Sequence record: NC_061446.1
Reading direction: 5' to 3' (one strand)
DNA length: 64,000 bases
Part shown: positions 9,524 to 20,770 of the stretch, one piece after another
Position numbering within the stretch: the first letter of the stretch is position 1
How the letters are laid out: the number at the start of each line of letters is the position of its first letter
Translations under genes and position numbers: made by a program
The notes under the pieces: model-generated
Seen by the model: the letters and a program-made list of their open reading frames with translations, nothing else
The model's database searches: none
Told to the model about the DNA's origin: nothing

Positions 9524-10156
9524 TTATGGCCAAGTTATATTCTGATCTTTGGTCGGGTCTACCCAGATGGTGCCAGCAGCAACGTTCCCTGGGTTCGTAG
9601 CGCTTACGATGATAGACAGACGACCGGCAGGTCCCGCAGGGCCAGTTGGTCCGGTAGGGCCTGTAGCACCTGTTGCGCCAGTAGGGCCAGTACCGCCACG
9701 AGGGCCAGTTGGGCCTGTAGGACCCATGGGACCAGTACGACCGTCAGGGCCAGTAGGACCGACAGGGCCCGGTAGACCATCACGACCATCTGGGCCAGGA
9801 AGACCCTGCTCGCCATCAGGCCCGATGTTACCGTCACAGCCCTGTTCTCCAGGACTACCGTCTCGTCCATCACGACCATCTTTACCATCAGCACCCGTTT
9901 CACCTCTGCCACCTTGTCGTCCTTCAGGTATATCAGCAGCGGTTGGGAACCCACCTACTTTAATTGACTGCCCGTTAGCAAACTTGAGAGTAAGAATACC
10001 AGAAGTTGCATCAAACGAGGAATCAGCAGTTACCTCTGAGGGTACGTCGGCATCATTGGGATCTATTGAAAGCACCCCAGACTGAGCGCGAATTGCAGCA
10101 GGCGTAGACGAAGAACCAGCCTGAATGAGACCGGTCTTAACTTTAATCAGACTCAT
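9524..10156 (-). CDS. Collagen-like fibre protein 3
   Basis: About 32 Gly-X-Y triplets with GCDG; FDATSGILT...GFPT module; C-terminal AGTIWVDP. Confidence 0.9.
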   Translation of the reverse strand: MSLIKVKTGLIQAGSSSTPAAIRAQSGVLSIDPNDADVPSEVTADSSFDATSGILTLKFANGQSIKVGGFPTAADIPEGRQGGRGETGADGKDGRDGRDGSPGEQGCDGNIGPDGEQGLPGPDGRDGLPGPVGPTGPDGRTGPMGPTGPTGPRGGTGPTGATGATGPTGPTGPAGPAGRLSIIVSATNPGNVAAGTIWVDPTKDQNITWP

Positions 10157-11598
10157 TACTTTTTCTCCGCTTTCGCAACAATATCCGTGTTGTGTGCGAG
10201 TACATCACCAACGAAGTAGCAGTCAAATGGATCGACGTCAATATCAACAGTCTGCACCAAATCGTCTACACGTCGGAACTCATAAACAGACACTGGCCCT
10301 TTACGACCTAGCACTGTATGTCCTGGCTCTACTTCTCGCGCAGGAACGTAACGCCACACGGATTGATCATATATCAACACTGGATGCTCATGTGTGAACT
10401 TCTGTCCGTTGATAATGAAGTAGTGGTCTTCCTGTCCGTACTTGAGAGCAGTCACAGTAGCGTTTACCAGATTGCCCTTCAAGCTCTTAGACGACCAATC
10501 ACGGAACTCTTTTGGCTGATTAGAGAAGCTGCGCAGGCTATCACCTACACGCAAGTTCTCAACGGCTTTCGGTCCAGTAATCGTTTCCACCTCAGAACCA
10601 AACACGATACAGCCAGATGTTGAAGTGTTGACAGGGTTACGCGCCACGACTGTCAGAGCAGAACTCACAGTAACAGTCGGACGTGACGTTTGACCCATAT
10701 CAGTTACTACGCAGCGGATAGTGCCTTTGATTGTACGATCAGCACCAAGTCCGAGACGCAGATAGAAGTTAACAATACACGTTGATGTAGTAGTCGCATC
10801 GAGCGTTACGCCCTCAGTAGTTGTGATAGACCACTGATACTTATATGGACCCACACCACCACGCGCATTGACAGGAAGATATGCGAGCGAGGTAAACACA
10901 TCAGAGCCTTGCACGGCACGTTGACCTACCATGTACAAGCTCGACACTGACGCAGCAAGAGGTGTTATCGTAGGCAGAGGCGGAGCAGGCGTCACGTTGG
11001 CAGTAGGGTACAGCCACACGAATACTCGACCATCTGTAGGCTGTGCAGACGATAGAACAGCAGTAGTGATTGGCGCTGGTCCAGTAGGACCTGTAGCTCC
11101 AGATATACAGCTTGCTCCAGTAGCGCCACGAGGACCGAGAACGCCGGGAGGACCATCAGGACCGTCGGGACCAGTAGGGCCTGTAGGACCCTCTCGTCCA
11201 GTATCACCCGTCTGACCATCAGGACCGTCACGTCCCGGTTCACCTACAGGACCTGTCTTGCCTCTATTGCCTACAGGGCCAGGACAACCCGGTCTGCCTG
11301 TTTCTCCATCACGACCATCACGCCCGTCTCGTCCAGGAGCACCGGGAGCGCCTCGACGTCCCGGTTTCCCTTCACCAAACATAGCTACAGTCGGAAGGCC
11401 GGGAACGTTTACTACATTCCCGTTCTTCTTGATGAATACTAACACACCTGTCTTGCTGTTAAACCTTACGCTGGCAATCTGAGTATCTGTCGCTAAGTCA
11501 CTCGACTCAAACCCGACACTACCATCAACACCAACCAGCGATTTACCTTCATCGTTAGCAGTTGTTTCGATTTGCGAAAGTTTTAACTGTGTTGTCAT
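10156..11598 (-). CDS. Collagen-like fibre protein 4 with an Ig-like domain and a C-terminal Hint domain
   Basis: Gly-X-Y run, beta-rich domain ([11 protein letters not shown]), then Hint motifs. Confidence 0.9.
   Translation of the reverse strand: MTTQLKLSQIETTANDEGKSLVGVDGSVGFESSDLATDTQIASVRFNSKTGVLVFIKKNGNVVNVPGLPTVAMFGEGKPGRRGAPGAPGRDGRDGRDGETGRPGCPGPVGNRGKTGPVGEPGRDGPDGQTGDTGREGPTGPTGPDGPDGPPGVLGPRGATGASCISGATGPTGPAPITTAVLSSAQPTDGRVFVWLYPTANVTPAPPLPTITPLAASVSSLYMVGQRAVQGSDVFTSLAYLPVNARGGVGPYKYQWSITTTEGVTLDATTTSTCIVNFYLRLGLGADRTIKGTIRCVVTDMGQTSRPTVTVSSALTVVARNPVNTSTSGCIVFGSEVETITGPKAVENLRVGDSLRSFSNQPKEFRDWSSKSLKGNLVNATVTALKYGQEDHYFIINGQKFTHEHPVLIYDQSVWRYVPAREVEPGHTVLGRKGPVSVYEFRRVDDLVQTVDIDVDPFDCYFVGDVLAHNTDIVAKAEKK
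10189..10611 (-). other. Hint (mini-intein/BIL-like) domain, 141 aa
   Basis: Block A C1-IVFGSEV (Cys330), block B T-H-E-H-P, block [22 protein letters not shown], followed by Thr+1; no homing endonuclease. Confidence 0.85.
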
Positions 11599-13931
11599 TT
11601 CGGTTCAACCTTAATGCACAAGTTACCAGACAGTTTCGAACCATAGCTAGTGATCTGCGCATTGGTAATACGCACCTTAGCTACAATGTCGATGAAGCCT
11701 TGAGGCTGGTTCTCTTTCAACACGGTAAACATCTGCGTCAGGCTAACGTTTGAGTAAGCAATCACTTCCGTCAGACTTGCATCAGAAGTAACAACGTTAA
11801 AGCCAGCGCTGCCCGTGCCTTTAAGACCACGACCATACTCAGCTTCTGAGGTGCCTGGCGTTTTGAACGACAGGACATACTCGATATGCTCTTTACCGCT
11901 GGTGGCCGCAAAGCCTGGGCCCAGTTGACACTGGAAATCAGCGATACAGGTAAGCATCACACCCTTTGTGAACTCGATTCGTTGAACGATAGTCAGTTCT
12001 TCGGAATCGCCAACAGTCTGCTGGATGTTATACATGTTCTTCGGGTCAGCTTCTTCGGCGAGAGCCTGAGTGTTACTGATCGTAATCTCTGGCCACGTGC
12101 CTTTAATCTGAATACCTTCGCCCTGAATGATAGCAGGTGTTGCGATAGGTACGTCGATAGGCGGCAGACCTTGACGTTTGAACATGTAGCCTGTCGGTGT
12201 TGGGATAGCATCAATGATGACACCATCTACCGAGCTGTCTTTCGAACCCACAGCCATAACGTTCTCAAAGATTGTGATCTCAATGAGTGTATCGGCAGGG
12301 ATAGGAGTCAGCGTTTTCAGCGCATTACCAGCAACGGTAAACTCTTGCGTGTGTACTGTCAGACCACTCATTGCCATAACGCAGTGCGCTTTATTCAGCG
12401 GAGTAGTAGGCAGAACAAATGTATCAGCATCATAAGGCAGGCGATACTGAGCAACACGAATACGAGTAGACCAGTTGGCGCGTTCTTCATAGCGAGCTAC
12501 ATAGAAAGTGTATTTCTGACCAGATGGGATTGCTTCGGTAAGCGTGACGCTATTACCATTCGTGAGTTTATACACGGTGGTGGGCTGCCACGTACTACCG
12601 ACAACGCAGAAGATCATATCGACGCTTTCAATCGGCTTGCTGCCAAGTTTAAACAAAGCAGTCTGGCCGTCACCGACACCTTCATACGTTTCAAACAGGA
12701 CAACGTGACCCTGAGACGGCTCGATACGGAACTGACGCATATCAAGCTGCATACGCTGCTCAGGGTAGGACGAAAGCAGAAGCTGATCGTCTACTACGCT
12801 GTATGCCGTGCGGGGCTGGAGAACACCAGACGTACCAAGCAGTAAGTCAGTTGAGCTATCGAGAATCTCGGACAGCGTGTAACGTAACTTGTCAGGCGTT
12901 GCAGTGGTCACAACTGAACTGAACAACATCTTGCCTGGAGGTACAAACAACGTACCTGTAGTCTGACGAGCACCACCAGCAACAGGACCCCAATACGGCT
13001 GCAAGTCTTTACCGCGATACAACGCCCATGCTTCTGGTACATCGTTGTTGAGCGGCCACGGTATACCAGCAGTCGGAGTTGTTGGGTTAGTGATACGACG
13101 CCAAACAGCAATCGTGGTCTGAGCGCTCACGAAAGGAATCGGGTCGTCCATGTTAACGAACTGACCTTTCGTGTATTTAAAGTGACGACACGCACCAGAG
13201 CCTGTGCCTGAGATTGTCTGAATCAGAACAACCTCGCCCTCTTTCACGCTGGTGATACTTGCGATCTTGAAGGTGTTTGCGTTGATAAATCCAGAGGCAG
13301 TAATCTGTCCGCTGAATACACGGTCATGTTCGCTGAATGCCCAGTAGAATGAGCCAGCACCATAACGATAAGCAATACCTGGAGAGCGAGTGCCGTCAGA
13401 GTTAACGTGCATATCAAGAACCGACACGGCGTTGAACACGTTATCGTTCAAGCTCGGCAGATTCTGGAGTGTGGCAGCACTTGGAATTGAAGTGTAATCC
13501 GCCATCTTTACAGCAAGAATCTTTTGAATGTCCTGCTGAATATGTACGAGAAGGCTGACGCGGCTGATAGAGTTTGGCACTGCGATGATAGGCTCTTCCA
13601 GAACAACGTGACCAAAAGGTCGGTTGTCTTTGAGCATAATCAATAGCTCACCAACACGTTTCAGCGACTCACCTGCAACGTAATTGACTTTAATATCGAA
13701 GACAAAGCGGGCACTGTTCTCGGTAAGAACCTGAACATACGACAAAGCGCCCGACGCAAGCTCGTTGCCAAGTAACTGCTCTGGAACCACGGACGGGTTA
13801 GAGCCTACAAAGTCACCTGCTTTAAACGACACTGGCTGAACTGCAAGTCCACCAGAGTTAGCGTTCGCAACGGCCTGTTCTCCCTGAGGCGTTAGACGCA
13901 ATGCGTCAACGTAGATAGATTCAGTGGCCAT
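11595..13931 (-). CDS. Baseplate/tail-fibre attachment protein
   Basis: N-terminus [28 protein letters not shown] resembles the tail-collar fibre N-domain (P2 gpH/DUF3751-like); internal ~70-aa repeats ([10 protein letters not shown]...QP...Y); AAGGAG SD before ATG 13931. Confidence 0.7.
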   Translation of the reverse strand: MATESIYVDALRLTPQGEQAVANANSGGLAVQPVSFKAGDFVGSNPSVVPEQLLGNELASGALSYVQVLTENSARFVFDIKVNYVAGESLKRVGELLIMLKDNRPFGHVVLEEPIIAVPNSISRVSLLVHIQQDIQKILAVKMADYTSIPSAATLQNLPSLNDNVFNAVSVLDMHVNSDGTRSPGIAYRYGAGSFYWAFSEHDRVFSGQITASGFINANTFKIASITSVKEGEVVLIQTISGTGSGACRHFKYTKGQFVNMDDPIPFVSAQTTIAVWRRITNPTTPTAGIPWPLNNDVPEAWALYRGKDLQPYWGPVAGGARQTTGTLFVPPGKMLFSSVVTTATPDKLRYTLSEILDSSTDLLLGTSGVLQPRTAYSVVDDQLLLSSYPEQRMQLDMRQFRIEPSQGHVVLFETYEGVGDGQTALFKLGSKPIESVDMIFCVVGSTWQPTTVYKLTNGNSVTLTEAIPSGQKYTFYVARYEERANWSTRIRVAQYRLPYDADTFVLPTTPLNKAHCVMAMSGLTVHTQEFTVAGNALKTLTPIPADTLIEITIFENVMAVGSKDSSVDGVIIDAIPTPTGYMFKRQGLPPIDVPIATPAIIQGEGIQIKGTWPEITISNTQALAEEADPKNMYNIQQTVGDSEELTIVQRIEFTKGVMLTCIADFQCQLGPGFAATSGKEHIEYVLSFKTPGTSEAEYGRGLKGTGSAGFNVVTSDASLTEVIAYSNVSLTQMFTVLKENQPQGFIDIVAKVRITNAQITSYGSKLSGNLCIKVEPK

Positions 13932-13960
13932 CAAAGAACTCCTTGGGTTTTAACTGTTCT

Positions 13961-13968
13961 AAATTAGC
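13961..13968 (-). promoter_or_regulatory. GCTAATTT putative late-promoter motif
   Basis: Lies immediately after a terminator and ~30 nt upstream of the next start. Confidence 0.65.
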
Positions 13969-13970
13969 GT

Positions 13971-14011
13971 AAAACAAAAAGGGAGCCAGGAACATAGCGC
14001 TCCGGACTCCC
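13971..14011 (-). terminator. Rho-independent terminator
   Basis: GGGAG...CTCCC hairpin followed by TTTTTGTTTT on the minus strand. Confidence 0.7.
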
Positions 14012-14017
14012 TTTATT

Positions 14018-17000
14018 TTACTGATAGCGCACGGTAATAACTGAGGAACCAAATGCACGAGCGTTGGTGCGATAAATCAAGACGTTTTCTGTCAGGTTAT
14101 CATATACCACTTTCCCTACAATCGGACCTTTCTTGCCGTTATCTCCAGTTACAGGCCACTGAGCACCGTCGAAACCCTGCCACCCTTTGTTTACTGTTCC
14201 CGTACCGTCTGCGGCTGCTGAGAATACAGCGTTACCGTATGACTGTCTGACAACAAAGTAACCGTACTCGTCTTGTTTGGTAGACAATACGAACTGGCCA
14301 CCTGTCTTAGAACGTAAACGCGTTGGCAACTGAGCAAGTGCAATACTCACGCCAGTAATACCGAAAGGCGCAACACCGAAGCGTGGATAAGATGACATGG
14401 CTTTCATGAAGTGCGTCTGCGTAAGCGTCTGCTGTCCTTCGATATAGATAGCCTTAACACCAAAGTCGGTATCGTTAAGCAACGAGGCTATGGTCAGTCG
14501 TCCAGTTTGAGCATTGATAGTGATGCCTTGAACATCAACCACATCGCCTTTACTGTTGGTGATCTGCCACAGACACTTGGCACTAACATCATCCTTAACG
14601 AACGTACCAGTACGGCCGAGCAATGCGTTCATCTGCATTGAACTGTCGTCACGCACATTCGTATATCCGCCTACTGTCAGGTCTTGTGGGAAGCCAATGC
14701 CTGGGCAAGTGATTTCCTGAACGAGACTGATTTCAGTACGCTGCTCTGTGATGATACACTCCACTTTAACCTTCTGCGGGTCTTTCGATGCAGGGAAGCG
14801 GAAGGTACCGTCCTGAGCAAGAGTAAAGCCACTGACAGACTCAATGATGTTCCACTTGAACTTCACGCTGTTTGCATCGGGCAGACGGCTTGAGCCAGTA
14901 GCACCAGAGCGGCGCGTATAGAACGCAGTGAAACGATAGTCAGTGTTCGGACTGATATTGCCCGCAGGATTCTCGATGTAGCCGTTGAGAATAGTATTCT
15001 GCGTTTGAAGCTCAATGGTACGCGTACCGATAATGGTTTCATCAGCAAGCGACATTGGGTTCTGTTTGGTGAACACAGCGCGTAGGTTAATAACACCGTC
15101 AGACAACTGCGACTGACCAATGAACAGATGACCGTTCAGTGGATCGATTGATACGCCGTCAACGTTCGTCTCGTCACCAATAGACCAGATAGCGTCAGTG
15201 GTTGTGAGTTCGTCATCAGGCTCAATGATAACACGCAGACTGTAGGGAACGTACCAGCGTCCGTTTTCATATCCGATAGTTGGGTTACGATCAGACACGT
15301 CCCACACAACATCAGGACCGACGATACCAATCTGACGAAGATAGGTGTTAGCCTGCACAAGGAACACAAGCAACGTTTTCTCAATCTGATACTGGTCGCA
15401 CGTAAAGCGGGCGCGAAGCAGCACGGCACCATTAACGTTCTGGCTAGGTGTGAGTGAACCATCGGCATCAATCTCTGCAATACTGTCTGTTGTTGGGATA
15501 AGCACAGGCGTATTGTTTGGACCATCTTGCGTGTAGTAGCTCTGCACGACTGCCCATTCAGAATCGACTTCTAGGTCAAACGTCTTTGGTGTTTCCTCAG
15601 CGTAAGAGCCATCAAGAGTGCGCATTACGCCACCAGTCTTATACGTGTTGACCAGAGTGTATGACTCGGACAGCACATCAGCACTGATTTGCGTTGCGCC
15701 TTCAATACGGCTGTTGACGATGTTGTTGATACTCTGCTTAGGCGCAGGCGAGACGACCAGATCAATCTTGTTACTCACTCGGAAGAATGAGGCGATAACC
15801 TGAGTGTAGGTGTCGTACTCATATTGCAGCTTGCCTGTTTGCAGAATAGCACCGTCGTAATACGCTTTATTCAGATCAGCAATGCTACCAATCGCATTGA
15901 ACATCGGCAGTTTGCTAACGTCCATTGCACGGAAGTCTTTGTAGTCGCTTGGTGTGCGGCCTTCGATGATCTCAACGATAGCCATACCACTATAGCGACC
16001 GGGCGAGAACTGTAAGAACTTATACTCGTCCGTGTCTTTGTCTGGCCAGTTGCCTACCCATTCAGCGGCTGTCACATACTCCTGACTACCATCAGCGTAG
16101 GTTGCAAGCAGACGAACAAAGGTACGCGTCTTCTCGTACATCACGTCTGGACATTCAATGGTGATACTGTCCACCAGCGCCCGCGTTGGAATGAGTTGCA
16201 GGTCACGGTAGTTTGAGAGTTTCGTTCCGTCGTACTCATACTCCATGCTGATACGCGCAGAACCATGCAGGTCTCCCTGATAGTAAAGCACATACTCTTT
16301 AACGCTTCTGCCCATGATTGGGTCGTACACCGTGTTGTTGCTCAGGCTTACGTTCAGCGTTACCCAACGTGCATAATCAGGATGGTCAGGGTCGAACTGA
16401 CTTGGGTCTTGCCCTTGCTCTACTGCCTGTTGTTGCAGCCTGATTGTACGCTGTCTCGCTTCTTCGACAGCAGAATCCGATGGAATATACTCGACTTTCA
16501 CAGCAGCCGCAGCCGCATATGACAGGCCGTTGTTCCACAGACACACAGTAGGCAACATCAACGTCGCGCCGCTACTGATAGTAGGTGATGAACGCAGGTC
16601 AATCGACTTCGGAATCATGATCGTATCGTTAACGAGAATGATTCGGTTGAACGTCACTGTAGAGTTACCATCAATGAACGTGAAGTTCAGGGCGTACTTA
16701 ACAGCGTCCCCACTGACCAGAGGTGCTTCGAACTCACCCGTCTGCGTATTAACAAAAGGTATTGAGTTAACAGACGTTGCTTTGTCTGAGCTACTGAACC
16801 AAATGCCAAACACTTCGGTATAAGCAACCACGATCGATGGGTCACGCGCATCAATCTCTGCCTGAGTAGCAGATGCCAGCACATAGAGAGCCATTGCTTT
16901 CGGTCGAACAATATCGCGCTCGACAACAGTGGCAGGAACGACAAGGTCAATCGTTGCCAGTTTAATCTCAGGCGCCTTCATCGTTACTTGCTTTACAGCC

Positions 17001-18553
17001 TCAACAGGAGTAACTTCACCGAAGACTGCGTAGATGGAAGTCAGATAATCTCCACGCATAATCTTAGACTTGAGGACGTTCTCCACGATCTCAGTATGCT
17101 CGCTGGTGGTACGAGCCTGAGCAGTGCCTAACTTGGAAGTACCGTCATTGTACGTGATTGCGTACTTGAGTTCGACTTCTTCACCTTGAGGCACTTCATC
17201 ATCCACGATGATACGCAACTCGGTTGGCACCAAATCTTTGACACTGCGATTGACGTCGAACTCCTGAGTCTTGGACATATCGAACTGTCCTTGATAGGAG
17301 ACGCTTATATCAATCTTGGAATCTGCTTCAACACTAGGCAGAGATAGCGTTGTGCCGTTAAAGATGCCTAGTGTAGAACTGAGAGCGATCATACCACTGT
17401 CAGTTAATTCTTTGGTCGCGCCTGTAGCTAGGTACTTACCATAGACTCGCACCTTAGCGCTCGCGTTACCGTACAGCGTTGGGCACTCAATAGAAAGCTC
17501 GTCAGGGTCAGGCTCAACTCCCATAGGGTAGATGCGAGACTCAAGTGCCTGCTGAGTACCATTGTAGGTAAGAGTGAGGTTGATAACAGATATGGCCAGA
17601 GGCTCATTGAAACGAACAGCATTACCATCACGCTCTGCAATCCAAGTAGAGTCTTCTACCCACACCTCAACTGTCTGCTCTGTGCCGTCACTGTATTTGA
17701 CGATAGCGCCAAACGTAGTCCACTCACCGCCGCGAATAAACTCAGGCTGAATGAACGAGATGGACTTCTGCAAAGGACGGCCGACGTTGAAACGCTTAAC
17801 AGGCTCAACAACAACGTGAGCGCCAAGATACAACTTAGCACCCAAGTTAATAGCAGCGTACACACCTTCGAGAACTTCTTCGATAGGCGCCCATTGATAA
17901 AACAGGTCTGCGATTCGACGATAGAACATTGCACTACGTGCGGTATACTGCTCAACGTCATTGTTCACAGGCTCAAAGCCAATGTGATTGTTGAACCAGT
18001 CTTCCGCTTCCTGTTGCGTCATGCCTACTTCTTGCAGTGCGTTAACAACGTCTTTCTCTGCATCTTTGGTGATAGTCAGATCGAGGCCGCCATCAATCAA
18101 ATGTGCATCTACTTCGAGATTGACCTTGTTTGACTTATACCACGTACCTCCGTCTTGAATCAGAGTGCCAAGAGGAGTAGGCACAAAGGTCTGATAGTCA
18201 GCGGTATACAGGCGAGAAGAATCGAACTGACCGCCGAGTAACATACCCACGAACTTAGGCCACTGAGTTGTACCAGAGACTTGCTGCCAGTCAGGCAAGC
18301 AGTCGATAACACGTTTCAACGAAGGTAAACGATACTGCATCAGGTCGCGCGTGATATTGATGCCGAGTTGGCGAATACTTGCTTCGGCCAACTCGTCGTT
18401 TGTGTCACCGTTGATGCGACGAATATTCAACAGTTGCTCAATGGTCTTGAGGTTCTGCTCGTCGTTGTGTGCATCGAGAATCTCGAACAACTCTGCCCAT
18501 GCTTCGTTAGCTTCAAGGAAGTCAATGTTAAAGGCTAGAGTGTTTGATTTCAC
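14018..18553 (-). CDS. Baseplate wedge protein (P2 gpI/T4 gp7-like N-terminus) with many Ig-like domains
   Basis: Directly downstream of the gp6-like gene; repeated IxGPxxVxE...AxYxDG Ig motifs. Confidence 0.75.
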   Translation of the reverse strand: MKSNTLAFNIDFLEANEAWAELFEILDAHNDEQNLKTIEQLLNIRRINGDTNDELAEASIRQLGINITRDLMQYRLPSLKRVIDCLPDWQQVSGTTQWPKFVGMLLGGQFDSSRLYTADYQTFVPTPLGTLIQDGGTWYKSNKVNLEVDAHLIDGGLDLTITKDAEKDVVNALQEVGMTQQEAEDWFNNHIGFEPVNNDVEQYTARSAMFYRRIADLFYQWAPIEEVLEGVYAAINLGAKLYLGAHVVVEPVKRFNVGRPLQKSISFIQPEFIRGGEWTTFGAIVKYSDGTEQTVEVWVEDSTWIAERDGNAVRFNEPLAISVINLTLTYNGTQQALESRIYPMGVEPDPDELSIECPTLYGNASAKVRVYGKYLATGATKELTDSGMIALSSTLGIFNGTTLSLPSVEADSKIDISVSYQGQFDMSKTQEFDVNRSVKDLVPTELRIIVDDEVPQGEEVELKYAITYNDGTSKLGTAQARTTSEHTEIVENVLKSKIMRGDYLTSIYAVFGEVTPVEAVKQVTMKAPEIKLATIDLVVPATVVERDIVRPKAMALYVLASATQAEIDARDPSIVVAYTEVFGIWFSSSDKATSVNSIPFVNTQTGEFEAPLVSGDAVKYALNFTFIDGNSTVTFNRIILVNDTIMIPKSIDLRSSPTISSGATLMLPTVCLWNNGLSYAAAAAVKVEYIPSDSAVEEARQRTIRLQQQAVEQGQDPSQFDPDHPDYARWVTLNVSLSNNTVYDPIMGRSVKEYVLYYQGDLHGSARISMEYEYDGTKLSNYRDLQLIPTRALVDSITIECPDVMYEKTRTFVRLLATYADGSQEYVTAAEWVGNWPDKDTDEYKFLQFSPGRYSGMAIVEIIEGRTPSDYKDFRAMDVSKLPMFNAIGSIADLNKAYYDGAILQTGKLQYEYDTYTQVIASFFRVSNKIDLVVSPAPKQSINNIVNSRIEGATQISADVLSESYTLVNTYKTGGVMRTLDGSYAEETPKTFDLEVDSEWAVVQSYYTQDGPNNTPVLIPTTDSIAEIDADGSLTPSQNVNGAVLLRARFTCDQYQIEKTLLVFLVQANTYLRQIGIVGPDVVWDVSDRNPTIGYENGRWYVPYSLRVIIEPDDELTTTDAIWSIGDETNVDGVSIDPLNGHLFIGQSQLSDGVINLRAVFTKQNPMSLADETIIGTRTIELQTQNTILNGYIENPAGNISPNTDYRFTAFYTRRSGATGSSRLPDANSVKFKWNIIESVSGFTLAQDGTFRFPASKDPQKVKVECIITEQRTEISLVQEITCPGIGFPQDLTVGGYTNVRDDSSMQMNALLGRTGTFVKDDVSAKCLWQITNSKGDVVDVQGITINAQTGRLTIASLLNDTDFGVKAIYIEGQQTLTQTHFMKAMSSYPRFGVAPFGITGVSIALAQLPTRLRSKTGGQFVLSTKQDEYGYFVVRQSYGNAVFSAAADGTGTVNKGWQGFDGAQWPVTGDNGKKGPIVGKVVYDNLTENVLIYRTNARAFGSSVITVRYQ

Positions 18554-20013
18554 TGGTTCATCTTCCTTTCGCTATAGGTGATATTGATGCGAAGGTTACG
18601 CAGCGCAACATATTCCAGCACGGTGTTAGGGATGATATCCTGAACAGGGCTTTCAATGTTGCAGTAATCGACTTCTGGTCGACGCGCAGGACGGTCTGGG
18701 TCAGTCCAGTCGTACAGCACACGGTCTGTTATGTCAGACATTGCGAGACGTTTACCCAGCAGACCTGGACGACGTTCAAACAGTTTAAGCACCGACTGCT
18801 CAAGAACTGCCTGATTGGATTCACGCGTACCCGGAGCATCGGCATAAAGAGCCACATTCAGAATGCAGTCGATTTGCAGCTTATCAGGGTTCCATGCCTG
18901 AACGTCGAGCGGGCTATTGAATTGAGCCAGCCAGTTCAGGAATTTATTCCATTGCGCAGAGCTTGGGTTAGGGTTGATGCCTCCCCAAGTGCTTGTGTTA
19001 CGAGGCAGAACAGCAACACGCACAACGCCTTGCCACTCTTTGTCGTTTGGTGCAATCTCTGCTTGACCCTGAACGACCACATCTGCGACGTCTGGGTAAA
19101 GTGCAATAGCAGCTTTCCATTCATCGCGGCGAATTAGTTTTCTGCGACTGCGGCCAACGATAGGTGCGTAGTTGCGGTAGTAGTCAACAGGAGTTTCATC
19201 AGAGCCTCCTAAGATAGCGCTTACTGTTTTACCCTGCAACTGAGAGTTAGACAGGCACTGTACCTTCAGGCCGATACTGTCTGTGTTACCACTAGCGCCA
19301 AGCGACTTGATACCCTGCACCTTCATCGTGTAGCCAGCTGGGGGCTGTGCGCCCCACTGCTCACCACCAAACTGAATCTCAACGTCACCTTCATCGGTTG
19401 TTACATCGAGGAAGATTTGCTGCTCTGCGTATGCTTCGAACAGGCATTTGTTGAAACGCTGATACTCAATCTTAGTGCCAGTCGGATGCTCAAACCAAAC
19501 ACGTAAGTCATCAGTCAGTTGGAAGTTCTCAGTGCCTAGCTTAATCGACATATAATCAATTGGCTGAGGAACAATCTGGCTGAACGTAAACACTTCACCG
19601 ATGATGAAGTCCACGTTCTTTATTTCGCCTGGCTCCCACTGCGTTACTTCCGCCAGTAGTGCATTGAAGTTACCGATAGTGAACGGTGTGTTTTTATCGT
19701 ATGACTGTTTCACCGAACTCAGGTTAACGACAGTAGCAGTTACCGCAGACACAGACTTGCGACCAATATCCACACCAAGATAACGAGCGTTAGCAAGGAT
19801 AGAGGTGTTGCGTCTAGCCAAACGACTAAATGCTTCACGCGCAGCAATCAGGGAAGCATAGGCGTTCGTTACACCAAGATCACCAAGCGCATCGGCAAGT
19901 AACGCAGTCAGTGAGCTTACCTGACTGTCCGTCCAATAGCTGGACTTATTGATACGACTCAGGAAGTCTTTCGCAAACTCCTCATGAGTCGTGTATGTGT
20001 TAAGCATGGACAT
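18550..20013 (-). CDS. Baseplate wedge subunit (T4 gp6/baseplate J-like)
   Basis: ARRNTSILANARYLG, VQFGG, GGSDET..YYRNYAP..RRKLIRRDEW motifs; position after gp25-like gene. Confidence 0.85.
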   Translation of the reverse strand: MSMLNTYTTHEEFAKDFLSRINKSSYWTDSQVSSLTALLADALGDLGVTNAYASLIAAREAFSRLARRNTSILANARYLGVDIGRKSVSAVTATVVNLSSVKQSYDKNTPFTIGNFNALLAEVTQWEPGEIKNVDFIIGEVFTFSQIVPQPIDYMSIKLGTENFQLTDDLRVWFEHPTGTKIEYQRFNKCLFEAYAEQQIFLDVTTDEGDVEIQFGGEQWGAQPPAGYTMKVQGIKSLGASGNTDSIGLKVQCLSNSQLQGKTVSAILGGSDETPVDYYRNYAPIVGRSRRKLIRRDEWKAAIALYPDVADVVVQGQAEIAPNDKEWQGVVRVAVLPRNTSTWGGINPNPSSAQWNKFLNWLAQFNSPLDVQAWNPDKLQIDCILNVALYADAPGTRESNQAVLEQSVLKLFERRPGLLGKRLAMSDITDRVLYDWTDPDRPARRPEVDYCNIESPVQDIIPNTVLEYVALRNLRINITYSERKMNQ

Positions 20014-20014
20014 G

Positions 20015-20437
20015 TTACTGTGCCCTCATTGCAAACGTAATTGATTGTTTGTCTTCGAGCTTAGGACAACGCCATGTGATTACACACACGTAGGTCTGCT
20101 CGTATTGATCGCTCATGGTGCAGGCTGTCTTGACACTGGTTACGTCCTGCGTGAGACCGTTGTATGGGTCTTCTAGGGCAAGACGCATGTACGTTGCAAT
20201 CCAGTCAGCCGTTGTTTGATCGAACGGCTCAAACAGATACTGATATACATCGGCACCGAAGTTCTCACGCCATTTGCGAGACTTCTTACGCGTACCGATT
20301 ACCATCAGAATCTTCTGGACGATGCTGTCCATGTTCTGCACATTATCGCGCGGTTCAAGTTGAATCCACGCATTAATATCACAATAGATGCGCTCGCTAA
20401 TCGGCACATCTATCAGACGAACTCCGATTCCAGCCAT
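20015..20437 (-). CDS. Baseplate gp25/gpW-like protein
   Basis: IVQKILMVIGTRKKSRKWRENFGADVYQYLFEPFD is a gp25-family pattern. Confidence 0.85.
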   Translation of the reverse strand: MAGIGVRLIDVPISERIYCDINAWIQLEPRDNVQNMDSIVQKILMVIGTRKKSRKWRENFGADVYQYLFEPFDQTTADWIATYMRLALEDPYNGLTQDVTSVKTACTMSDQYEQTYVCVITWRCPKLEDKQSITFAMRAQ

Positions 20438-20727
20438 TAGCCAAATCTCACATTAGAACTACCACTCGAAGCTGTGTCGCCGCAACTGTTAGCGTCACCA
20501 GCACGTTGCGCAGGCTTACCGTTGACACGCACACTAGAACTTGAAGTAGCTTTCCCGACATGGGGAGGCTTCTTTGGTTTCCAGTGAGGACGATAACTAT
20601 CGCCTTGACGAACACTCCCTTTTCCATTCACAAGCACGTTAGATGATGCCTGAGCAGGGACAACAGGAAAATAACCATTGTGTCCAGTAGACAGATCTGT
20701 GCCTAAACGAATAGCTTTCTGACCCAT
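20437..20727 (-). CDS. PAAR spike-tip protein
   Basis: AIRLGTDLSTGH, VNGKPAQRAGDANSCGDT, SSNVRFG. Confidence 0.92.
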   Translation of the reverse strand: MGQKAIRLGTDLSTGHNGYFPVVPAQASSNVLVNGKGSVRQGDSYRPHWKPKKPPHVGKATSSSSVRVNGKPAQRAGDANSCGDTASSGSSNVRFG

Positions 20728-20750
20728 GTTAATTCTCCTCTGTTAGGCAC

Positions 20751-20758
20751 AAATTAGC
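20751..20758 (-). promoter_or_regulatory. GCTAATTT putative late-promoter motif
   Basis: 24 nt upstream of the PAAR start, just after a terminator. Confidence 0.65.
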
Positions 20759-20770
20759 TTGTTATGCAGT

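Noticed and set aside
9549-10085. Plus-strand collagen-like ORFs (also 3308-3667, 10931-11215)
   Set aside because: Reverse-complement artefacts of Gly-Pro codon repeats; no SD or operon context.
4084-18553. Diversity-generating retroelement or invertible fibre cassette
   Set aside because: No reverse transcriptase, invertase or near-identical template/variable DNA repeats were seen; repeats are only at the protein level.
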